Shown here: positions 38,210-47,121 of the stretch, piece by piece
Layout: each line of letters opens with the position of its first letter
Position numbering within the stretch: the stretch's first letter is position 1
Assembly: GCA_964511645.1 (NCBI GenBank)
Contig: CAZEGV010000005.1
Location: 1,157-65,156, forward strand
DNA length: 64,000 nt
Direction: 5' to 3'
Source: an uncultured Cytophagales bacterium
GTDB lineage: Bacteria > Bacteroidota > Bacteroidia > Cytophagales > JAAEPT01
Program-made: the position numbers and the translations under genes
The notes under the pieces: generated by a model
What the model was told of the DNA's origin: nothing
Database searches by the model: none
The model's input: only the letters and a program-made list of their open reading frames with translations

Positions 38210-40662
38210 TAATAATTATTTATTTTAATAATATCAGCAAATACTCCAGCAGCAGTCACCTCTGCACCAGCACCTGGACCTTGTATCACCAAAGGGTTCG
38301 TTTCATAACGTTTTGTAGTAAACGAAATCATGTTATCACTTCCTGCCAAACCAAACAATGGGTGATTTGGCTCAATAGTTTGTAAACTCACATTACATTT
38401 ACCTTCTTTTAATGATGCTATAAAGCATAATTTTGCTTGTTTTTCTTTTGCTACTTTCGCTAAATCGTCAAAAATCTTATTATTTTTTTCTAACTCTATC
38501 CAAAACTCATCCACCGATTTTGCATCTATACAAGCCTTAGGTAATGGGTTTTGAACATTTATATCTTTAGGTTCTAAAGCTAATCCTGACTCACGAGCCA
38601 AAATCAAAATCTTTCTAGCTACATCCATCCCGTTAAGATCATCACGAGGGTCTGGCTCAGTAAAACCTAGCTCTTTGGCTTGTAACACCACATCCTTAAA
38701 CGAAGTAGAACCATCATATGTATTAAAAATATATGACAATGACCCTGATAAAACTCCTTCTACCTTAATAATTTCATCACCACTATTAACCAAATCTTGC
38801 AATGTACCAATAATAGGCAGTCCTGCTCCCACATTAGTTTCATACATGAACTTCACTCCTCTTCTAGCAGCAGTATCTTTAAGCGTATTATACAAAGAGT
38901 ACTCACTAGAGTTTGCCACCTTATTTGGAGTTACGATGGCAATACTCGCATCTAGTATTTGTTCGTAGTATTTTGTAATTTCTTTATTTGAAGTATTGTC
39001 TACAAAAACAGAATTAGGCAAATCCAATTCTATCATCTTCTCAACGAAGATATCTAAAGACATATCCCCAGACACTTTCTCTAAATCGGTTTTCCAGTTA
39101 CTTAAATCAATCCCATCCTCATTCAATAACATCTGACGACTATTTGCAATTGTAATCAAGCGAATATCTAAAGCTTTATTTGTTTTGAGGTACTGATGTT
39201 GATCTTTGATTTGTTCCAACAAAGCAGAACCAATAAGCCCTGGCCCTACCATAAACAGATTTAATGTACGAGTACTAGACAAAAAGAATGCATCATGTAA
39301 TGTATTCAATGCCTTAGAAACCTGCTCTTTATCAATCACAGTCGATATATTCAGCTCTGATGAGCCTTGTGCTATTGCTGTAATATTAATTCCATTTCTA
39401 CCTAATGCCGAAAACATAATCCCCGAAATACCAGGCGTTTGACTCATATTTTCACCAATAATCGCAATTACGGCTAATTTTTTCACAACTAAAACCTTAT
39501 CCAATCTCCCTGCTGCAATTTCAAATTCAAATTCTTCTTCTATTGCTTGCTTTGCCCAATCTCCCTCTCCAGGTGCTACTGCAAAGGTGATAGAATGCTC
39601 AGAGGAAGCCTGTGTAATCATAATAATATTCGTTTGATTTTGTGCCAAACGATTGAATAATCTTGCCGAAAACCCTGAGACACCAATCATCCCACTACCC
39701 TGTACAGTAACTAAAGAAATATCATTGATAGAAGAAATACCTTTTACACGCATTCTCTGAACTTCACCACTTTTGTCACTAATCAAAGTTCCTGCATAGC
39801 TAGGATTAAACGTATTTTTGATACGAATAGGAATACGTTTTGCAAAAACTGGTTGTAATGTCGGTGGATAAATTACTTTTGCTCCAAAATGCGACATTTC
39901 CATTGCTTCGCTATAAGTGATAGCATCTAAACTAAAAGCATTTTTGACTTTACGAGGATCTGCCGTCATCACACCGTCTACATCTGTCCAAATCTCATTT
40001 ACTTCCGCATCCAATGCTGCTGCAAATATAGAGGCTGTATAATCAGAACCTCCTCGTCCCAAGGTAGTCGTAACTCCTTTGTCGTCCGAAGAAATGAATC
40101 CTGTAACAAAATTTATTTTTTTCGTGTCTTTTATAAGTGTTTTTATGTTTTTATTCGTTTCCACGAAATTCACTTTTGCTCCACAAAAATTACTATCTGT
40201 TTTTATAACTTCTCTAGCATCTACAAACTTACTGTTTAATCCTTTTTCTTTGGCTGCCGCCGAAATAATAAAAACGCTCAACTGTTCCCCAAAACTAAGT
40301 ACTGCATCTTGAGTACGTTCAGAAAGTTCCCCTAACAAAAACACACCTTGTAGATAGTCTTCTAGCTCGTTAAGCTTTTGTTTGATATGAGCAAAAACAT
40401 TACTTTGTGATTTCACATCAATCAAATCACGAATAACACTAATGTGTTTTTCTTCAAACTCTTTTAGTACTGACAAATAAGACTCATCTTGATTAGCCGC
40501 TTTTTCGCTCATCTCAACAAGCTTATTGGTTTGTCCTCCTACTGCTGAAAAAATTGCTACAAACTCAATGTTATCTTTATCATAGCTAGATAAAATAGCT
40601 AGTACTTTCTGAATATTCTCCGATGAACCAACAGAGGTTCCGCCAAACTTTAAAACTCTCAT
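38209..40662 (-). CDS. thrA: Bifunctional aspartokinase / homoserine dehydrogenase
   Basis: 817 aa with the aspartokinase N-terminus MRVLKFGGTSVG, ACT region and a C-terminal homoserine dehydrogenase (FMVGPGLIGSALL ... GPGAGAEVTAAGVFADI). Confidence 0.93.
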   Translation of the reverse strand: MRVLKFGGTSVGSSENIQKVLAILSSYDKDNIEFVAIFSAVGGQTNKLVEMSEKAANQDESYLSVLKEFEEKHISVIRDLIDVKSQSNVFAHIKQKLNELEDYLQGVFLLGELSERTQDAVLSFGEQLSVFIISAAAKEKGLNSKFVDAREVIKTDSNFCGAKVNFVETNKNIKTLIKDTKKINFVTGFISSDDKGVTTTLGRGGSDYTASIFAAALDAEVNEIWTDVDGVMTADPRKVKNAFSLDAITYSEAMEMSHFGAKVIYPPTLQPVFAKRIPIRIKNTFNPSYAGTLISDKSGEVQRMRVKGISSINDISLVTVQGSGMIGVSGFSARLFNRLAQNQTNIIMITQASSEHSITFAVAPGEGDWAKQAIEEEFEFEIAAGRLDKVLVVKKLAVIAIIGENMSQTPGISGIMFSALGRNGINITAIAQGSSELNISTVIDKEQVSKALNTLHDAFFLSSTRTLNLFMVGPGLIGSALLEQIKDQHQYLKTNKALDIRLITIANSRQMLLNEDGIDLSNWKTDLEKVSGDMSLDIFVEKMIELDLPNSVFVDNTSNKEITKYYEQILDASIAIVTPNKVANSSEYSLYNTLKDTAARRGVKFMYETNVGAGLPIIGTLQDLVNSGDEIIKVEGVLSGSLSYIFNTYDGSTSFKDVVLQAKELGFTEPDPRDDLNGMDVARKILILARESGLALEPKDINVQNPLPKACIDAKSVDEFWIELEKNNKIFDDLAKVAKEKQAKLCFIASLKEGKCNVSLQTIEPNHPLFGLAGSDNMISFTTKRYETNPLVIQGPGAGAEVTAAGVFADIIKINNY

Positions 40663-40788
40663 AATCTTTTTTCTACGTTATAACACGCCTAATCTGAACA
40701 AATATCGAAAATGTATGCTATAAGAACAAAACAAATATGTTTTTCTAAAAAAATAAAATAACACAAGTTCTAAAATCACTCAATCAAC

Positions 40789-41568
40789 CTATTGATTAAA
40801 ATACATCAAACTTGCCTTTTTCCCATCATACTCTACATAAGAGCAGGTTTTAAACCATTCACCAATGTTTATGTACTGACTACTCTCTGCAATATCTATT
40901 TCCATCGCAAGGTGGCGATGCCCAAATAAGTAATAATCAAAATGTTCTTTTGACTCTATTGTCTTACAAAACTGAATAAGGCTTTCTTTTTCTCCATAAA
41001 AAACTTCGTCTGCCTTACTGCTTTGAGACCGACTACTCTTAGACCAATTAGTAGCAATACTGAAACCAATATATGGGTGTAAAAAGGCAAATAATCGTTG
41101 ACAAACTTTATTACTAAAAACTGCTTTTATAAACTTATAGCTTTTATCCCCTGGGCCTAAGCCATCTCCATGTCCAATAAATATTTTTTGACTTCCTACT
41201 TGTAAGGTAATATTATCTCTAAAAACACGAATACCTAGTTCTTTTTCAAAATAATCGAACATCCACATATCGTGATTGCCTGTAAAAAAATAAACTGGAA
41301 CTCCCTTATCTCTTAAAGATGCCAATTTACCCAAAATACGAATATAACCCTTTGGGACAACATATTTATATTCAAACCAAAAATCAAAAATATCACCGAC
41401 TAAAAATATCGCTTCAGCAGAATTTTCAATCTCATTTAACCACGTAATGATTTTATCTTCACGCTTCCTACTTTCTTCATAATTAGGAGATCCCAAGTGA
41501 AAGTCAGAAGCAAAGTATATTTTCTTTCCTTCCAACAAAGTATCAAATGTAAGAATCTCTTGGCTCAC
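40789..41568 (-). CDS. lpxH: UDP-2,3-diacylglucosamine diphosphatase
   Basis: 259 aa calcineurin-like metallophosphoesterase with the LpxH blocks FASDFHLG, VGDIFDFWFEY, GNHDMW and GHRH. Confidence 0.85.
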   Translation of the reverse strand: MSQEILTFDTLLEGKKIYFASDFHLGSPNYEESRKREDKIITWLNEIENSAEAIFLVGDIFDFWFEYKYVVPKGYIRILGKLASLRDKGVPVYFFTGNHDMWMFDYFEKELGIRVFRDNITLQVGSQKIFIGHGDGLGPGDKSYKFIKAVFSNKVCQRLFAFLHPYIGFSIATNWSKSSRSQSSKADEVFYGEKESLIQFCKTIESKEHFDYYLFGHRHLAMEIDIAESSQYINIGEWFKTCSYVEYDGKKASLMYFNQ

Positions 41569-43619
41569 TATACTACAGTATCAATACTTGACTCTGTATT
41601 AATCTTCTCTTCAACAAGCTTCTCTTCCTCTTGCTCTGTCACTGCTTCTTCAATATCAGATTTATTATCGGTAAACTGTTCGTATGTGGTAGCTTCTTCA
41701 AAAGGTCTTTTCCCTATTAATGTCACCAAATCAGCTTGGTATAAAACTTCTTTTTCGAGTAGTTGTTTTGCTAAAATCTCTAGTTTCTCTTTTTTACTCT
41801 CTAGTAATTCTATTGTACGCTTGTAGGCTGAGTCAATTATTTTCTTAACTTCTTCATCAATTATTTGTGCTGTTGCTTCAGAGTATGGTCTGGATGCAAA
41901 TTCTGAGCGTTGAGCATCATAAAAAGAGATATGTCCTACTTTATCATTCATACCATAAACGGTGACCATACTATAAGCTAGTTTGGTAATACGTTCTAAG
42001 TCATTTTGTGCTCCAGTTGAAATTTTATTAAAGAAAATTTCTTCCGCTGCTCTACCACCTAAAGTCATGCACATTGTGTCTAATAATTGTTCTGTTTGGT
42101 ACAAAAACTGCTCTTTTGGTAAATACTGAGCATAACCTAAGGCCGCTACTCCACGAGGCACGATGCTTACTTTTACTAATGGGTCAGCATGTTCCAAATA
42201 CCACCCAGCAATTGCATGTCCTGCTTCGTGATAAGCTACAATTTTCTTTTCTTCTGGTGAAATGATTTTGTTTTTCTTTTCTAAACCTCCAATACTACGG
42301 TCTATCGCATCTTGAAAGTCTTGCATATCTATTTTATCCTTGCTATGACGTGCCGCTATCAATGCTGCTTCGTTACAAACATTCATAATTTCAGCTCCTG
42401 CAAAACCTGGAGTTTGAGCAGATAGCTTTTTAGCATCTACATCACTGTTTAGTACAAGAGGTTTTAAATGTACTTTAAAGATAGCTTCTCTTCCAATAAT
42501 ATCGGGTTTATCAATACTAATTTGACGGTCAAACCTCCCTGGTCTCAATAGAGCAGGATCTAATACGTCTGGTCTATTGGTTGCTGCCAAAATAATAACA
42601 GCATTATCCGTTCCAAACCCATCCATCTCTACCAATAATGAATTCAGTGTATTTTCTCTTTCGTCATTCCCTCCTGGCATCTTACCACCGCTTCTTGACC
42701 TACCAATAGCATCAATCTCATCTATAAATATAATCGCCGATCCTTTTTCTTTTGCCTTCTTAAACAAATCACGCACACGAGCAGCTCCTACTCCTACAAA
42801 CATCTCTACAAAGTCAGAACCTGATAATGAAAAGAAAGGCACCCCCGCTTCTCCTGCCACTGCTTTTGCTAGTAAAGTTTTACCTGTTCCTGGAGGTCCT
42901 ACCAGTAATGCTCCTTTAGGGATTTTACCTCCTAGCTTAGTGAATTTCTCTGGCGTTTTCAAGAACTCTACAATTTCCATCACCTCTTCTTTTGCTTCAT
43001 CTAGTCCCGCTACATCTGCAAAGGTAATTTTGATTTTATTTTGTGCATCAAACAAGGCTGCTTTAGATTTTCCTATATTAAATATTTGTCCTCCTGGACC
43101 GCCAGCACCACCACCCATTCTTTTCATCAAAAACCAGAAAACGCCAACAAATAAAGCAATAGAAATCAATGGAGAAATATATGTAGAGTAATCTTCACGC
43201 ATCTCTACTTCATAAGCAAAGTTTTTCTTGTCTGATTTTTTTTGCAACAGTACACTAACCCTGTTATCAAAACTCTCAGAAGAAGCAACTCTAAAAGTAT
43301 AATGAGGAATTTCCACCCCCTTAATATTAGGCATTGTTTTCTCACCCTCTTTTTTCTCTTCTGCTAAAAATTTTTTAGCTCCCTTTTCATTTAAGAACAC
43401 TTCAGCTTGAAGCTGATTAGGAATGAAGATTAGCTTTTCAATATTCCCTTCCTTTAAATCAGTATTAAAATCACTTTCTGATTTTTTTGCAATCCCCTTA
43501 TCATTGAACATAAATAATGTAACAATAATAAACAATAGGGAAACAATAATCCATATTTGGTAATTAGGCTTATCTCCAAGTGGCTTTTTAGGAATGATTT
43601 TTTTCTTTTTATCAGTCAT
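41568..43619 (-). CDS. ftsH: ATP-dependent zinc metalloprotease FtsH
   Basis: 683 aa with two TM helices, Walker A GPPGTGKT, Walker B IIFIDEID, SRH and the zinc motif HEAGHA. Confidence 0.96.
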   Translation of the reverse strand: MTDKKKKIIPKKPLGDKPNYQIWIIVSLLFIIVTLFMFNDKGIAKKSESDFNTDLKEGNIEKLIFIPNQLQAEVFLNEKGAKKFLAEEKKEGEKTMPNIKGVEIPHYTFRVASSESFDNRVSVLLQKKSDKKNFAYEVEMREDYSTYISPLISIALFVGVFWFLMKRMGGGAGGPGGQIFNIGKSKAALFDAQNKIKITFADVAGLDEAKEEVMEIVEFLKTPEKFTKLGGKIPKGALLVGPPGTGKTLLAKAVAGEAGVPFFSLSGSDFVEMFVGVGAARVRDLFKKAKEKGSAIIFIDEIDAIGRSRSGGKMPGGNDERENTLNSLLVEMDGFGTDNAVIILAATNRPDVLDPALLRPGRFDRQISIDKPDIIGREAIFKVHLKPLVLNSDVDAKKLSAQTPGFAGAEIMNVCNEAALIAARHSKDKIDMQDFQDAIDRSIGGLEKKNKIISPEEKKIVAYHEAGHAIAGWYLEHADPLVKVSIVPRGVAALGYAQYLPKEQFLYQTEQLLDTMCMTLGGRAAEEIFFNKISTGAQNDLERITKLAYSMVTVYGMNDKVGHISFYDAQRSEFASRPYSEATAQIIDEEVKKIIDSAYKRTIELLESKKEKLEILAKQLLEKEVLYQADLVTLIGKRPFEEATTYEQFTDNKSDIEEAVTEQEEEKLVEEKINTESSIDTVV

Positions 43620-43995
43620 TTACTTCTTTTTCTTCAATTTTAGTAATTTCGGCATCTCCCCAAAGCTGCTCTAGTGCGTAAAATTTACGGGCACTCTCTT
43701 TAAACACGTGTATAATAACATTTCCATAGTCTAACAAGATCCACTCCCGATTAGTTCTACCCTCTACGGACATTGGCTCTTCATTGCATTCCTCGTTAAG
43801 TACTTTATCTACTGAAATTGACAAAGCATCCACATGGGTATCAGAAGACCCACTTGCTATAACAAAATAATCAGTAACACTATTTGGTGTGTTTTTAAGA
43901 TTTATTAGTACTATTTCAATCCCTTTTTTATCTTGCAGACCTTTTACAGCATGCATGGCTAGTTCATCAGAACTTTTATATTGTATAATAGACAC
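43612..43995 (-). CDS. rsfS: Ribosome silencing factor
   Basis: 127 aa RsfS/Iojap pattern (DYFVIASGSSDTHVDAL ... WILLDYGNVIIHVF ... RKFYALEQLW). Confidence 0.88.
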   Translation of the reverse strand: MSIIQYKSSDELAMHAVKGLQDKKGIEIVLINLKNTPNSVTDYFVIASGSSDTHVDALSISVDKVLNEECNEEPMSVEGRTNREWILLDYGNVIIHVFKESARKFYALEQLWGDAEITKIEEKEVND

Positions 43996-44057
43996 GTAAT
44001 CGTATATTTAAATGTAATTAGGCAAAAATATCAAATTACTAGGACAATAAAGCATAT

Positions 44058-44792
44058 ATGACAAAACTTCTTAACTTTTCATTAATAGAAATAGAAAAAT
44101 GTCACTCTACCAATGCTATGATGACTGAATTAATTCGTAATAACACAGCCGAAGAAGGCACAGTACTTCGTGCTGATTACCAATCAAAAGGGAAAGGACA
44201 GCGAGAGAACACATGGCAATCTAACAAGGATGAAAATTTACTTTTTAGCTTATGCTTAAGCCCTAAGATACTTCCTTTAAAGAACATCTTTCATCTTACT
44301 ATCATTACCTCCCTAGCATTGATAGAGACCTTAAACCACTATAAGGTGCAAGCATCAATCAAGTGGCCAAACGATATCTATGTGGATGATAACAAAATTT
44401 GCGGAGTACTAATCGAAAACATACTAAAAGGTAACCGATTAGAAAAATCTATTATAGGTATAGGACTAAATGTTAATCAAAAAGATTTTGGGGAATTAAG
44501 TGCTAGCTCTATCTATTTAGAATCATCGCACAAAGAAAATATCAGTAATGTTTTAGATGTATTTTTGAAATTTATAAAAAAATATTATACTTTTTTATTA
44601 AATGAGGAAATGTCATTATTAATGAAATTATACCATCTATATCTTTACCAACGTAACAAATGGGCAAATTATAATGACGGAGAAGATTTTAAAGGAAAAA
44701 TAACTGGGGTAAATGAAAATGGGTTACTAGAAGTAGAAAAAAAATCAGGGGATACGTTCTTTTATTCTTTAAAAGAGATTAAATTTATTTAG
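44058..44792 (+). CDS. birA: Biotin-[acetyl-CoA-carboxylase] ligase (no N-terminal HTH)
   Basis: 244 aa with YQSKGKGQRENTWQS (the GRGRxGRxW-type loop) and KWPNDIYVDDNKICGVLIE. Confidence 0.85.
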   Translation: MTKLLNFSLIEIEKCHSTNAMMTELIRNNTAEEGTVLRADYQSKGKGQRENTWQSNKDENLLFSLCLSPKILPLKNIFHLTIITSLALIETLNHYKVQASIKWPNDIYVDDNKICGVLIENILKGNRLEKSIIGIGLNVNQKDFGELSASSIYLESSHKENISNVLDVFLKFIKKYYTFLLNEEMSLLMKLYHLYLYQRNKWANYNDGEDFKGKITGVNENGLLEVEKKSGDTFFYSLKEIKFI

Positions 44793-44863
44793 GACGGGGG
44801 TGATTTCCAATACAACAATACCGTACTTTTAACAAAATTCAAAGTAACAAACCCTTAGCCAAA

Positions 44864-45441
44864 ATGAATATTCCAATTGCATTGATTTTATTACGTCTTT
44901 TAATTGCTCCTATAATTTTGAGTCTGGCCTATTTCATTGGAGAAGGTGCCAAAATAAGTATAGTAATATTAATGTATTTAGGGCTAATATCTGATATATT
45001 TGATGGGATTATAGCTCGGAAACAAAATATCTCTACTACAAAACTAAGAAGAATGGATAGTCAAACTGATATGATATTTTGGCTATCTATTGGGATTTCT
45101 ACTTGGGTCTTGTTCCCGAGACTCATCTCTGATAACTCCATAGCCATTTGGATGATATTAGGTATGGAGGGTGCTGTTTATATTATAAGGCCTGTACCCA
45201 TGCTTTTTTATCAAAAACATGGGGAGTTACACTATTGATTGCTTTCACATCACTAATTGGATTTAATCATGCAGGCATTCCGTTTTCAGTAGCCATAATT
45301 ATGGGATTAATTTCTCATATCGACAGGATACTAATAACGCTGATATTACCGAAATGGTCTCACGATATCCCAAGTGCTTACCATGCTTACCTCATCCGAA
45401 AAGGAATTAACTTTAAGCGAAATAAATATCTAAATGGTTGA
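44864..45441 (+). pseudogene. CDP-alcohol phosphatidyltransferase family gene interrupted by a frameshift
   Basis: ORF 44864-45238 carries the family motif SDIFDGIIAR...DSQTDMIF, then runs into a stop. The membrane-protein sequence continues in another frame (45148-45441, from ...THAFLSKTWGVTLLIAF...). The frame switch lies near 45188-45196. Confidence 0.6.
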
Positions 45442-45507
45442 AAAACAACGCTTACAATTCGTAAAATATAGCACTCTTGTAATTATTCACTAATTAAAAG
45501 AGTGCTA

Positions 45508-45618
45508 CGTTAGGGATAGAGCGGTTTGTCTGAAATCCTTTCCGATTTTTTTATCGGGAAGATTGAGTAGCGAAAGCCTGACCCCGTCTCGCCTTTTTCG
45601 GCGTACGGAGGAACGCCC
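45508..45618 (+). repeat. Structured intergenic element, copy B
   Basis: The sequence is CGTTA-GGGATAGAGCGGTTTGTCTGAAATCC-TTTCCGATTTTTTTATCGGGAA-GATTGAGTAGCGAAAGCCTGAC-[hairpin CCGT..CGCC/GGCG..ACGG]-AACGCCC. Confidence 0.8.
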
Positions 45619-45630
45619 AAAACTATCTCA

Positions 45631-46977
45631 CTAAAATATTCCTGTAAAATTATGAGGAGTAATTACCCTAAGCTCTGCTTTAATCTCTTCTGAAACATCT
45701 AGTGTCTCTATAAAGGATGCAATAGTATCTGCAGTGATTGCTTCGTTTTTACGTGTTAGTTCCTTAAGTGCTTCGTAAGGATTTGGGTATGCTTCTCTTC
45801 TTAATACCGTCTGGATAGCTTCTGCGACTACTGCCCAATTGTCCTCCAAGTCTTTTTTGATAGCGTCTTCATTAATCAAAAGCTTATTTAAACCTTTTAA
45901 TAATGAGTTTAATGCGATTTGGGTATGTCCAATCGGCACACCTACGTTACGCAATACGGTAGAGTCTGTTAGGTCACGTTGTAAACGGGATATAGGGAGT
46001 TTTTGAGATAGGTGTTCATAAATTGCGTTTGCAATCCCTAAATTACCTTCTGCATTTTCAAAATCAATTGGGTTTACTTTATGAGGCATTGCCGATGAAC
46101 CAATTTCTCCTTTTTTGATTTTTTGTTTAAAATATCCCATCGATACGTATTGCCATATATCACGGCTAAGGTCTATCAGGATGGTATCAATACGTTTGAT
46201 AGCGTCAAACATTGCTCCAAGGTTGTCGTAATGTTCGATTTGGGTGGTATGCTGACTGCGAGAAAGTCCTAGGGTGTTATTTACAAAATTGTTAGCGAAT
46301 TTTTGCCAATCAATATTTGGATAGGCGACATGATGAGCATTAAAATTTCCTGTAGCCCCGCCAAATTTAGCTGAAAAAGGCACAGTTTTCAATTGGGCTA
46401 ATTGTGCTTCTATACGTTCATGAAATACTAAAAATTCTTTCCCTAATTTGGTAGGTGAAGCAGGTTGTCCATGTGTCTTAGCAAGCATCGGTATCTTTTT
46501 CCACTCAGTAGCTAGTGATTTTATTTTGGTTTGTACTTGCGTCAGAAGTGGGAGTAATTCGTTTTGTATTCCTTCTTTTAGCGAAAGCGGAACAGATGTA
46601 TTATTAATATCTTGAGAGGTAAGTCCAAAGTGAATAAACTCTTTGTACTTGCTAATGTTTAATTTATCAAAGGCATCTTTTATAAAATATTCTACTGCTT
46701 TTACATCGTGGTTAGTGATGGCTTCTTTATCCTTAATCCATAAGGCATCAGCTTCCGAAAACTCAGTATAAAGTTTTCTTAAATCACCAAAAATGTTTTT
46801 ATCAAAGCTTTTTAATTGTGGTAACGGAAGTTCGCACAAAGCAATGAAATACTCAACTTCTACACGTACACGATAATTGATAAGTCCAAACTCTGAGTAA
46901 TACTTGGCAGTACCCGCAGTGTGTCGTCTATAACGCCCGTCAATTGGTGATACAGCAGTAAGTGAAGTTAATTTCAT
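45631..46977 (-). CDS. purB: Adenylosuccinate lyase
   Basis: It has SPIDGRYR near the N-terminus and the fumarate-lyase signature GSSAMPHKVNP. ATG 46977 (MKLTSLTAVSPIDGRY) is preferred to the upstream TTG at 47004. Confidence 0.93.
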   Translation of the reverse strand: MKLTSLTAVSPIDGRYRRHTAGTAKYYSEFGLINYRVRVEVEYFIALCELPLPQLKSFDKNIFGDLRKLYTEFSEADALWIKDKEAITNHDVKAVEYFIKDAFDKLNISKYKEFIHFGLTSQDINNTSVPLSLKEGIQNELLPLLTQVQTKIKSLATEWKKIPMLAKTHGQPASPTKLGKEFLVFHERIEAQLAQLKTVPFSAKFGGATGNFNAHHVAYPNIDWQKFANNFVNNTLGLSRSQHTTQIEHYDNLGAMFDAIKRIDTILIDLSRDIWQYVSMGYFKQKIKKGEIGSSAMPHKVNPIDFENAEGNLGIANAIYEHLSQKLPISRLQRDLTDSTVLRNVGVPIGHTQIALNSLLKGLNKLLINEDAIKKDLEDNWAVVAEAIQTVLRREAYPNPYEALKELTRKNEAITADTIASFIETLDVSEEIKAELRVITPHNFTGIF

Positions 46978-47056
46978 TCTTTTGTTTTTTTTATGAAAAG
47001 TCAAAGATACAAAATTCTATACTCCTCAAATAAGAGATTTTAAATTATTTGAGAAA

Positions 47057-47093
47057 TAAAAAAGTTCGCACCCTTAAGGGGTACGAACTTTTT
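47057..47093 (-). terminator. Rho-independent terminator after the CE4/CBM6 gene
   Basis: AGTTCG-CACCC ... GGGGTA-CGAACT hairpin (47063-47089) with flanking A and T runs. On the minus strand it is followed by T6. Confidence 0.65.
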
Positions 47094-47121
47094 AAAAGAA
47101 TAATACTTTATAAAATTTATT

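Noticed and set aside
40663-40788. A thr operon leader peptide or attenuator upstream of thrA
   Set aside because: There is no short ORF rich in Thr/Ile codons and no alternative hairpins in the 126-nt region.
42577-43191. 204-aa plus-strand ORF antisense to ftsH
   Set aside because: It mirrors the conserved AAA+ core of ftsH on the other strand. Its Pro/Ser-rich translation is characteristic of an antisense artefact.
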